Shown: in pieces, positions 20,863 to 29,764 of the stretch | How positions within the stretch are numbered: the first letter of the stretch is position 1 | Layout: every line of letters begins with the position of its first letter | From: Cyanobacteria bacterium J06626_4 | GTDB taxonomy: Bacteria; Cyanobacteriota; Cyanobacteriia; Phormidesmidales; Phormidesmidaceae | Reading direction: 5' to 3' | Length of the DNA: 64,000 bases | NCBI GenBank assembly: GCA_038523235.1 | Contig: JBCBJQ010000018.1 | Location: forward strand, 19,481 to 83,480 | Position numbers and translations under genes: made by a program | Notes under the pieces: generated by a model | What the model saw: only the letters and a program-made list of their open reading frames with translations | Database searches by the model: none | Told to the model about the DNA's origin: nothing

Positions 20863-22554
20863 TTAGGCGTGAGTCTTTTGCAGAATTGACACCTCAAATG
20901 CCTGCAGATTTTCCGGCAGGTCAATGAGTTTACCCGCCTCAAATTCTGTCGAGAGTAACACCGTCCAGGCTTCTCTCCCAACTGACACATCCATCGTCAG
21001 CGGCTGCTCATAGGAGAAATTGATCGCCACGAGTACCGTTTCTGTATCGGTCTCTCGCAGATACACCATGTGCTCATGGGGATAGTGAATCAGCGATCGC
21101 CAATTGCCCCATTGCAGCGCCGCACTCTGCTTGCGCACCTGTAGCAGCTGCCGATAGAAATTCAAAATCGAGTCAGGTTCCTGCAGCTCCTGCTGCACAT
21201 TGACCTCAGGATAATTTTCATGCACCGGTAGCCAGGGTTCGACCTCTTTGCCAAAGCTAAAACCAGCATGGGCCGAATCATCCCACTGCATGGGAGTGCG
21301 TGCTCCGTCGCGGGGGGGCGGGGTGTCGCCTTCGTCGCTTTGGGTGACTGCCTTGTCCTGCAGCTTGTCTTCGGGGATGTCGGTGTTGTCGAGCATGCCC
21401 AGCTCTTGACCGTAGTAAAGCAGGGGCGTGCCGCGCACGGTGAGTAACAGCGTGGCCGCCGCTTTGGCGATCGCCTGCGGGTCAACACACAGGCTGCACT
21501 CAACCCAGCGCGATAGGTGCCGAGGAATGTCGTGATTGTCGAGAAAGTAGCAGGGCCACGCGCCCTTGGGAGTGACCTTTTCTTTCTTTTCGATTTCACG
21601 CTGCAGATAGCCCGGATACCAGGGACTAAAGGGAAACTCGAAGGTAATCGGCAGGTGCAGCTCGTCGTTGTTGACGCCGTGAAAGATGACGGAATCGTAG
21701 AGGCGATTATCGATAAACGTTTCGCCAATCAGGGCGCGATCGCCATATTCGTCAATGACGGCTCGAATCTCGCGAATGATTTGGTGATTGTCGGGCAGGT
21801 TTTTGTCGTAGAGGTGATGGTAATTGTTGTAGACATTTTTGTCCGTCGCCCCATATTTCAACGGATTGTCGCGAAAGTAGGCGTCTTTGCTATACACGCT
21901 AGAGGCATCGAGCCGGAAGCCATCGACACCGCGATCGAGCCAAAAGCGCACAATGTCATACACTGCGGCTCGCACTTCCGCATTACGCCAGTTGAGATCA
22001 GGCTGGTTTTTGTTAAACGTGTGGAAATAGAACTGCCCTCGCGCCTCGCAGTAGGTCCAGCCGGTGCCACCAAAGTAAGACTGCCAGTTGTTGGGCCGAT
22101 CTTGCCCTTCGAAAGGAGTTTGCCATAGATACCAGTCGGCTTTTGGGTTGTCTGGACTCGACGCCGACTCGGCAAACCAGGGATGTTCATCAGAGGTATG
22201 GTTGACCACCAAATCGAGAATGATTTTGATGTGACGCTGATGGGCTTGGTCGAGCAGTTCGTCAAAGTCTGCTAGCGTACCAAAGGTAGGGCAAATGTCT
22301 TTGTAATCAACGATGTCATAGCCGTTGTCGACCATGGGTGACTTATTGACTGGCGATAACCAGATCGCATCAATGCCTAGGGACTGCTGGCTATCAGGCT
22401 GGCCGTCATTCAGATAATCGAGCCGCTGAATAATGCCGCGCAGATCACCCGTGCCGTCGCCGTTATCGTCGGCAAAGGTGAGGGGATAGATCTGATAAAT
22501 GACGCCAGTTTCCCACCAGCGATGACTGTTTGTCGGCGCGGCCTTCACCATCAT
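20863..22554 (-). CDS. GH13 alpha-glucosidase / oligo-1,6-glucosidase-like
   Basis: 'WWETGVIYQIYP', 'DLVVNHTS', 'QPDLNW', 'DGFRLDA', 'NHD', 'RDGARTPMQW'. Confidence 0.92.
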   Translation of the reverse strand: MMVKAAPTNSHRWWETGVIYQIYPLTFADDNGDGTGDLRGIIQRLDYLNDGQPDSQQSLGIDAIWLSPVNKSPMVDNGYDIVDYKDICPTFGTLADFDELLDQAHQRHIKIILDLVVNHTSDEHPWFAESASSPDNPKADWYLWQTPFEGQDRPNNWQSYFGGTGWTYCEARGQFYFHTFNKNQPDLNWRNAEVRAAVYDIVRFWLDRGVDGFRLDASSVYSKDAYFRDNPLKYGATDKNVYNNYHHLYDKNLPDNHQIIREIRAVIDEYGDRALIGETFIDNRLYDSVIFHGVNNDELHLPITFEFPFSPWYPGYLQREIEKKEKVTPKGAWPCYFLDNHDIPRHLSRWVECSLCVDPQAIAKAAATLLLTVRGTPLLYYGQELGMLDNTDIPEDKLQDKAVTQSDEGDTPPPRDGARTPMQWDDSAHAGFSFGKEVEPWLPVHENYPEVNVQQELQEPDSILNFYRQLLQVRKQSAALQWGNWRSLIHYPHEHMVYLRETDTETVLVAINFSYEQPLTMDVSVGREAWTVLLSTEFEAGKLIDLPENLQAFEVSILQKTHA

Positions 22555-22800
22555 TAAAATCCTTCATTACGAATGCAGCGTTAGCCTAGCATCACGCTTT
22601 ATGGGGGCGTCAATCTGGAAAAAGCATGAGTTTTAACTGTTGAGTGCCTGAATTATCGACTCACGGACGATCGCAATCGCCTTGCCGACCAGACCCCATA
22701 CCCTTGGCTGTTCAACCTACTCCAGAGGTTGATTATCGCTGGCAGCCGCAAGCAATTGCACCGCGCGAAAAATCAGGTCGCCTGGTTGACTGACAAGAGG

Positions 22801-23016
22801 TCAAACCGATTTGATGTTGTCGTGCGAGCGGGCACGGTCGGAGCGATCTCGGCCTCGCCAATACCAGACGACATAACTCAGCGCGGCGATCTGTAATGGC
22901 AACATCAGGGCGGCTTCTTTGAGCAGAAACGGTAGCTCCGTTTGGGCGATCGCGGCTCCGCCCGTACTGCTCAGCAGCACTAATCCAATCACGAACGGAA
23001 TTTTGCGACCTTTCAT
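22801..23016 (-). CDS. Small hypothetical membrane protein
   Basis: 'MKGRKIPF' followed by two hydrophobic stretches and a basic tail. Confidence 0.5.
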   Translation of the reverse strand: MKGRKIPFVIGLVLLSSTGGAAIAQTELPFLLKEAALMLPLQIAALSYVVWYWRGRDRSDRARSHDNIKSV

Positions 23017-23338
23017 AGTGTCTCTTGGTGAACTATCGGTTTCTCCTTTATAGCAAGCGGTTGAGCAACTCAATGACATTGGTGGTGTAGATCACCCGCC
23101 GCATCTCGATGATCTAGTCAAGTATTGGAATGTTTTTCCCAGTGACGTAACTCGATTTGGCTAACGGCTGCATCGGGCTCATCCCACTTGGTGATCGCCT
23201 TTTACCGGAGCCCATAGCCCGCAAAGGCTAAGCTGGCGTCACTGATTAGATTCAAGTAGCGGGACGCTCTTGTTTGACTCATTTTTGGATGCCCCGATGC
23301 CTGCGGATGAGCACCCACAATCAGCCCCAAAGTCACCA

Positions 23339-23614
23339 TTACTTTTCAGACGCACAGACGAGGGCGAACAGCAGATTGATGCCGGATGGCACCAACAGCA
23401 GGCAACCCAGAACAATGCTGGCTCGGGCTGACAAAAAAGTCGATAAAGCGCTCAGCGCTGACCCCGCAACCAATCCCAAGATGATGAATAGATAGAGGAA
23501 TCCTGCCATTTGCAGTTTATAGCCGAAGCGATCACTGTAAATAGAAAACAACAGCAGACTCCCCATGTTAAAAGCCAGATCTAGCCAGGCAATATGCTTG
23601 AAGACAAACGTCAT
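23339..23614 (-). CDS. Small ~3-TM membrane protein (paralog A)
   Basis: 91 aa, hydrophobic; 56/91 positions identical to 25431-25715 by manual ungapped alignment. Confidence 0.8.
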   Translation of the reverse strand: MTFVFKHIAWLDLAFNMGSLLLFSIYSDRFGYKLQMAGFLYLFIILGLVAGSALSALSTFLSARASIVLGCLLLVPSGINLLFALVCASEK

Positions 23615-23972
23615 AATGGGATTCTATTATTGATGACTCGCTACTCTCTAGATATTCCCGATGGCCCAGGTGGCATTCACATCGAAACAAAACGGTCGAT
23701 CAAATGCGGCTGAAGTCACCGGTTGACAGACACTATCTCAAGAGTAGAGAACCCCAGATTGCTGGTTGAAAAGTCGCTATTTCCTACTGATTAGTTTGGT
23801 TAGACGCGATCAGACCACCGAACTCCTGCTTTAGGCAAAGCGATCTCTAACTTGAATGCCTCACTTCGCTATCCAGGGCATCAAAATCCTTCTGCATAAC
23901 TTAAAGGTACAAAACCCGACTGCTTGGGCAGCTTAAATCGTCAGGAAAAAGTATTTAACTCAACGATTAGAC

Positions 23973-25241
23973 GTGCCACAGTCCAAATTAGAGTCGCTCA
24001 AACGGCAAGCTCAGCAGGGAGATGCGATCGCCCTCACCCAACTCCTCACCCAAGCTTTGCGCCGCGAGGGCATACAGGTGCAGGCAAAAGTAGACGGTGG
24101 CTGCCTGGTCATTCGGCTCACCACACGCGACATCCCAGCGTGATCGCTCGGCGAGCGCATCAAGCAAGGGCTCAAAAAATTGAACATCCAAACCATTGAT
24201 GAACTCAAGGTGGTGGCCTATCGACAGGGGCAACGAAAAGCTTGCTGGACCGACTATATTTCTTGGCCTTCAGGAGTCGCACTCCAAGATTTCCCGGATT
24301 ATCAGATACCTTGGCTCGCTGATATTCGGCAAATAGTTAGCCAAACTTTTGGGGAGTTCGGGGCCAATTTAGCCAGAGCGATCGTCTGCTGCATGAGCAT
24401 TGCCCTGATGTTTAGAAGCACGCTGAAGCTGCTCAATACGGTGCAGATTCCGTTTGGGGGCTGGCGCGATATCACCTATAACGGCTGGTTGATTACGATT
24501 TTTGAGCGTCAGCGCTGGTTCGATTTGCCTTACTCTCGTGCTTTTTGGATTCCTTCGACGGGTGAAACGACCCAGTCGCTGTTCTTCTATCTTGGTTTGA
24601 AAATAGCCCTACATTTAGTAATGTTTTGGATCAGTTTAGAGATCATCAAGTGGGTCATTGGTCGGGCGGAATCTGAAGTTACCCAAGCCGTGATGACGGG
24701 AAGCTTGGTGGTTGCCAGTGTGGCTAGCTTCAATCGTTTAATCAACCTGCAACAGGAATTGCCGAGCGGGGCGGTTACCATTGGTTTCCCTAATGTGATT
24801 GTAGTTATTGTTACCGCGATCTGGCTATACAAGAGACTTTCAAAGTATTTCAAAGATCATGCACCTGCCACAATCTTTAGCGAACTTGCCAATTGTCTGC
24901 AGCGCTTTTTGCGTACTCAAGAAGTTTTTGCCATTAGTTTCTTAGTAATTGTCTGCATCGTTTTAACAATCACGAATCCGATGGCGGAGCAACACTATCA
25001 ATATCTGGCCATCATCAAAAATCCAAATCTAGCACTAGGCCAAAATCAGAAACCGAAACCCTATCAAGAAGATCTCATTGCTGATGTTGCTGCACTTGAG
25101 TTAGCGAGTTCTGCTAATTACACTGACAGTAGCTATTGGAACTTAGGAATTTTATCCATTACGACTAGGGAAAACGGAGATGGGGCGATAAAAACGCTAG
25201 GCATACTAGGAGAAATCTATGGTTTCGAATCGTTTCGCTAA
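23973..25241 (+). pseudogene. Membrane protein with shared N-terminal module, interrupted by in-frame TGA at 24141-24143; DUF4359-like C-terminus
   Basis: GTG 23973 reads VPQSKLESLKRQAQQGDAIALTQLL...DIPA*SLGERIKQGLKKLNIQ, continuing in frame into the 24180-25241 ORF; C-terminal 'TNP...SYWNLGILS..TLGILG'. Confidence 0.75.
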
Positions 25242-25430
25242 CCACAAATGATCAGGAGATCTAGAGAGATCTAAATCTACGGATATAGCTCATGACAAAT
25301 CCGCGATCGCCTGGGTCAAAACCGACAGTCTGTAATCCTCAACCTTGATGAGTCAGGTCATGAGTTGAACCGTAGGATACCTAGAAGTGCTGCACTGATT
25401 AGGCGGATGAAAAGTCTGCTGTCAATGCTC

Positions 25431-25715
25431 TCAATGATTCTTACTATCAGACGCCAAAGAGACTGCCCACAAAAGATTGAGCCCAGACGGCACAAATAAT
25501 AAGCACCCTAGGATAATGCTGACTCTCGCTGACAAAAAGGTTAATAAGGCACTGATAGCCGTCAGACCAATGAGCCCCAAAATGATGAATAAATAGACTA
25601 AACCAAAGGTTTGTATTTTATAACCGATGCGATCGCCAAATATAAAGTACACCATCAAACTAAGGATATTGAAAGCTAGGTTAACCCAAGCTACATGTTT
25701 CATCATAAATGTCAT
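25431..25715 (-). CDS. Small ~3-TM membrane protein (paralog B)
   Basis: 94 aa; paralog of 23339-23614. Confidence 0.8.
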   Translation of the reverse strand: MTFMMKHVAWVNLAFNILSLMVYFIFGDRIGYKIQTFGLVYLFIILGLIGLTAISALLTFLSARVSIILGCLLFVPSGLNLLWAVSLASDSKNH

Positions 25716-25965
25716 AAACGCAACCTACTAATGCCATAAAAATTAGATTCTATGCTTGATTATGGAACTTTATTATCGGTTGAAGGGGTTTTCGTTCAGG
25801 AAACAAATATTTCTTTAGGGTAGCAATTCGCTTGTTTTTTCTGGGCACTTTAGCTTGTGCACAGAGAATATGTCACTTGAAGCTTACAGTGTGTCATTGC
25901 GAAGACTGAGAGTCTTTTAAGTCGCATGCTCAACTTTGAGTATTCAGGTGGCTCAGAATGTACTC

Positions 25966-28209
25966 ATGACGAATCTGCCATCGCTTCGACAACGTGCCCA
26001 AGCTGGGGATCCGCAGGCGATCGCCACTCTCATCAACCAGTCATTCCAACAGCAGCAGGTACGGGCTGAGGTACAAGCAGCGGCATCGCGCTTAACCGTC
26101 CGGATAACCGGACAATCTGTACCCAATCCTCAGTTGGCCGCAGCAGTACAAAAAGGCTTGCTGAGCCTCAAGCTGACGCAGTTTTCTGAGTTGGTAGTGA
26201 TGGGCTTTTGGGCGGATGAAGAGGCGGCGATGTGGGTAAAGCGGTTGTCGCTGTCGCCCACGGTGGACGCGACCCAGATACGGAGCGATCGCCCTGCCCC
26301 AGCAACGATCCACGCTCCCTCGACGGCGACAACGGCAGCAGAGGTCGCCGAAACCCTTTCTCCGGCAGCCATGCGGCAAACGCGAACGGCAGCAGCACCA
26401 ACCCCAAAGTCTACTCGCAATGCTCAATCGTCATCGCCGCGCCTTCTGCTAACTAAGTGGGTTGGCATTGGCCTATGTCTAGTCGGTATCGTTGCTGGAA
26501 TCACCGCGTACAGAAATCGGTCACGTTGGCAATTCAATATCGGGCGACCAGCTACTCACAAAAACATCTGTAGTGCTGACTTTTTAGCAGCGGGGGGAGC
26601 CCTCGATGAATTGCGCCTGAGCTGTTTAGAAAATGACCCAGAAATCACGACCCTGTGGCTAGAACGCACCGCTGATAACCCCAATCAGCTCGACGCGGAA
26701 GGCCACACGCTGCTGCAAACGGCGCTCAAACTCAGGCAGCCTGACCTAGCGCGACAAGCGCTAGAGCACGGTGTCGATCCGAATGTGGGTGACCAGCGGA
26801 ACTCGCCACTTGCCCTTGCCGTGAGCCAAGAGTATTTCAACCTGGTGCAACTGCTGATCAATCGCGGCGCCGATGTTACCTACACATGGACCGTGTCGGA
26901 CAAACCGGAAAATGCCTTGATGCTGGCGTTGCAACTGGATGATTTAGTGATCGCTGAGCAGTTACTCAGCGCTGGCATGCCCTATGTCGGTAGAGGTTCG
27001 ATTAATTTGACGGGAATGGCCGAAACGACTGACTTTGACCTTCTCGACACGCTCATTGCCCAAGGGTTAGACATTAACGAAGGCGATATTTATGTAGCGC
27101 CACCGCTGGAGCAAGCGCTTAAACAGGATCATGTGGCCCTTGCCCGGTTTCTGATTGATCGGGGAGCCACGGTCGATGACCAGCGCCTCCATCGCATCCT
27201 CAAAGCCAACCAAGCAGACGTTATCGCTTTGTTGTCAGAGCGCGAGGCCCAGATTGATGTCGGGAAACTTGCCCAAGGCGATGCGGCGCCAACGCCTCCA
27301 GTTGAGGTGACCCAAAACTCGCTAGTTGAGGCGGGGCCAAGTTCACCGGTTGAGGCTGGGCAAAACTCTCAAGTGGAGGCGGGGCAAAGTGCTCGGGGTA
27401 GCAATGATCGGTTGACCGCAGCAGGGGGACAAAACAGTAATGACCAACAGGCAGTGGTGGATGCGATTAATCAGGGCGATCGGCACCTGTTAGAAAGACT
27501 CATTAGTCAGGGAGCGAATCTCAATCAGACCGTATCATCAGGGCAAACGCCCCTAACTGCGGCGATCGCAAAACGAAGCCCGGTTGCCGCCAAGCTGCTG
27601 CTAGATAATGGTGCCCAGCTCAATTTCCCCGATGCCCGCGAAACCCCCCTCACCGCAGCGATCGACCGCGAACAATGGGAAATCGTCGATCAATTGCTGA
27701 CGCGGGGTGCCAACTATACCCAGGCCGCTCCCGACGGGCAAACGCCGCTCAATCAGGCCATTCGCAAAAACAACACCCAGCTCGTCCAGCGCCTGCTCGA
27801 TCTGGGTGCCGACCCCAATCAACCAGGCGACAACGATTACACACCCTTAATGGCGACTCTACAACCCATTGGCCAGCCGCCTAAAGATGCGCAAATTATT
27901 CAAGCCTTGCTCGACAGCGGCGCCGAGTTGCGTAAGCAGGAAATGTTTCGTGCCATTCGGGATGACCATGTGGCGACCGTTCGACTCTTTCTCGATCATG
28001 GCTGGGGCATCAACGCCCGAGTTTACGACAACCATACGCCCCTGTCTGCCGCTGTTGGCTACAGCACTCCCGAGATGGCGCAACTGATGCTCGATCGCGG
28101 TGCCGATACCGATTGGCGTGGGCACCATTACTTTACGCTGATGGATTTGGCCAAAGAGCGTGACAGTCAGGAAATGATTCGTTTCCTAAGAAGTAAAGGA
28201 ATTCGGTAA
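25966..28209 (+). CDS. Shared N-terminal module + single TM helix + ankyrin-repeat protein
   Basis: 'RQRAQAGDPQAIATLINQSF'; TM 'WVGIGLCLVGIVAGITAY'; many ankyrin repeats (GQTPLTAAI..LLLDNGA, TPLSAAV..MLDRGAD); ORF extends to 25936. Confidence 0.88.
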   Translation: MTNLPSLRQRAQAGDPQAIATLINQSFQQQQVRAEVQAAASRLTVRITGQSVPNPQLAAAVQKGLLSLKLTQFSELVVMGFWADEEAAMWVKRLSLSPTVDATQIRSDRPAPATIHAPSTATTAAEVAETLSPAAMRQTRTAAAPTPKSTRNAQSSSPRLLLTKWVGIGLCLVGIVAGITAYRNRSRWQFNIGRPATHKNICSADFLAAGGALDELRLSCLENDPEITTLWLERTADNPNQLDAEGHTLLQTALKLRQPDLARQALEHGVDPNVGDQRNSPLALAVSQEYFNLVQLLINRGADVTYTWTVSDKPENALMLALQLDDLVIAEQLLSAGMPYVGRGSINLTGMAETTDFDLLDTLIAQGLDINEGDIYVAPPLEQALKQDHVALARFLIDRGATVDDQRLHRILKANQADVIALLSEREAQIDVGKLAQGDAAPTPPVEVTQNSLVEAGPSSPVEAGQNSQVEAGQSARGSNDRLTAAGGQNSNDQQAVVDAINQGDRHLLERLISQGANLNQTVSSGQTPLTAAIAKRSPVAAKLLLDNGAQLNFPDARETPLTAAIDREQWEIVDQLLTRGANYTQAAPDGQTPLNQAIRKNNTQLVQRLLDLGADPNQPGDNDYTPLMATLQPIGQPPKDAQIIQALLDSGAELRKQEMFRAIRDDHVATVRLFLDHGWGINARVYDNHTPLSAAVGYSTPEMAQLMLDRGADTDWRGHHYFTLMDLAKERDSQEMIRFLRSKGIR
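27298..27393 (+). repeat. Intragenic 24-bp tandem repeat x4 (8-aa unit xVEAGQ[NS]S-like)
   Basis: PVEVTQNS LVEAGPSS PVEAGQNS QVEAGQSA between two ankyrin blocks. Confidence 0.8.
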
Positions 28210-28254
28210 GGGCAAGGTTTCAGATAGTTTCAGTGATCCCAATTCAGGTATTTC

Positions 28255-29637
28255 GTGGTGAGTCTTCAACAGGTTCAGCAATTAGCCAAGCAGGGCAACC
28301 CCAAAGCGATCGCGGCTCTCCTCAACCATTCTCTTAAGTCAGAGGGCGTGCAGGCAAAGGTGGCGAGGAATGGCGATCGCCTCAAAGTTGCCCTGATCGG
28401 CTCGACGCCGCCCGCTGCCGACTTATTCCAGCGGGTGACCATGAGGCTCAAGCGCTTAAATATCAGTGATATTAGCCAGTGCAACATCAGTGCGTATCAG
28501 GCCAACAACCAGCAACCGGTTTGGGGCAAGTCGCTAACGTTAGCAGCACCGCTTGAGCCCGCTGCCTCAGCCACGTCACAGGCGAATCCAGCATCCCCCA
28601 GGACCTCAACGCCAAAGCGCTCAACCCAGCCCCACTCCAGGCAGCCTGGTAGTAGCCCCGTGAAGCTCAGCAGTCGAGCCTTCTGGATGCGAGGTATGGC
28701 ATTTTTATTCAGCGTGCCGCTAATTGTGCATGGCAGCTTACGATTTTTATTGACTTTAGAAACACAGTTATTTGGCATTCACCATTTACCAATTGAATCG
28801 CCAAATACCAATATCTTCACTTACTTTAAGGCCCAGATATTTGGAGGATTCGGCGTTGTTAGTGAAAAAACGCTGGAAAATTCCCTGCTGTATCTGGGGA
28901 CGTTTTATGCAGCCAGTTTGGTAGCTTTGGTCTTAGGGCTAGTAGCAATGCGATACGCACTTCAGAACTGTCAAGTCATTGCCAGAAAGCTGTCTGTCTG
29001 CTTGGCGATCTCTCCGACCCTGTTTGTCGTGATTTGCATTATCAGCAACCCATATTTACTCTTGCCTTTTCGGCTGTATGACACCACACCGGCGGTATTT
29101 TTCCATCCCGTCACGGGGGTGAGTATCAATCGAAGTTTTCAGCTCACGCTCATCTTCATCAACATACTACTGCTGGTGATCGGTAGTATGGCGATTTATC
29201 GGTTTGTTTGGCGTCCCTCTCCAGCAGGCAAAACTCCATTCTGGCAAGTGCTAAGGCAAGGATGGCAACAGCTATGGTACGTACGAAAAATTGACATGGT
29301 CAAGCTGTCAGCGATCGCCTTACTGCTGTTATTGCTGACTAACCCTGGCCCCGTTAGACATGTGAAAGCTTCTAGCTTTATCGGCGGTTTTGGCGCTAAC
29401 CCAGAGTATCTAGGCACAGTGATTCCGGGTTCTGTCATCAAAGACTGGTTGGCCAATAATCCCACCATCAACTATCGAACGGTGCTGGTATGTTCCTGGC
29501 TGGGCACTGAGTTTCAGGGGCCGGTCACATTCGGTTTTGCTGGGCACAGTTATCTGCGAGCTGTACCAGAAAATATTTTTCAGCTCGACAAACATCGCAG
29601 CCGTCTCGATTTATTGAACCCCACCAATTATTTTTAG
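28255..29637 (+). CDS. Shared N-terminal module + multi-TM protein with DUF4359-like C-terminus
   Basis: 'QQLAKQGNPKAIAALLNHSL'; Ser/Pro-rich linker; several TM helices; 'LLTNPGP..H...YRTVLVCS...TFGFAG'. Confidence 0.8.
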   Translation: MVSLQQVQQLAKQGNPKAIAALLNHSLKSEGVQAKVARNGDRLKVALIGSTPPAADLFQRVTMRLKRLNISDISQCNISAYQANNQQPVWGKSLTLAAPLEPAASATSQANPASPRTSTPKRSTQPHSRQPGSSPVKLSSRAFWMRGMAFLFSVPLIVHGSLRFLLTLETQLFGIHHLPIESPNTNIFTYFKAQIFGGFGVVSEKTLENSLLYLGTFYAASLVALVLGLVAMRYALQNCQVIARKLSVCLAISPTLFVVICIISNPYLLLPFRLYDTTPAVFFHPVTGVSINRSFQLTLIFINILLLVIGSMAIYRFVWRPSPAGKTPFWQVLRQGWQQLWYVRKIDMVKLSAIALLLLLLTNPGPVRHVKASSFIGGFGANPEYLGTVIPGSVIKDWLANNPTINYRTVLVCSWLGTEFQGPVTFGFAGHSYLRAVPENIFQLDKHRSRLDLLNPTNYF

Positions 29638-29764
29638 TTGCTGTGTCTTTCTATGGTTCCGTATCAAGGGGATTAGTCTAACCGCTTCATCAAGAAACCT
29701 CTGCATAAACCTCCGTCAATATTCATCAGTTTTAACGTCGCTCTACAACCGCTAGTCGCGAAAT

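Noticed and set aside
24141..24143. Selenocysteine or programmed readthrough at the in-frame TGA
   Set aside because: No Cys at the equivalent position in the paralogous modules and no recognisable SECIS; a C>T change in HIP1 is simpler.
27298..27393. Possible CRISPR-like array
   Set aside because: Repeats are contiguous, in-frame and degenerate, with no spacers and no cas genes.
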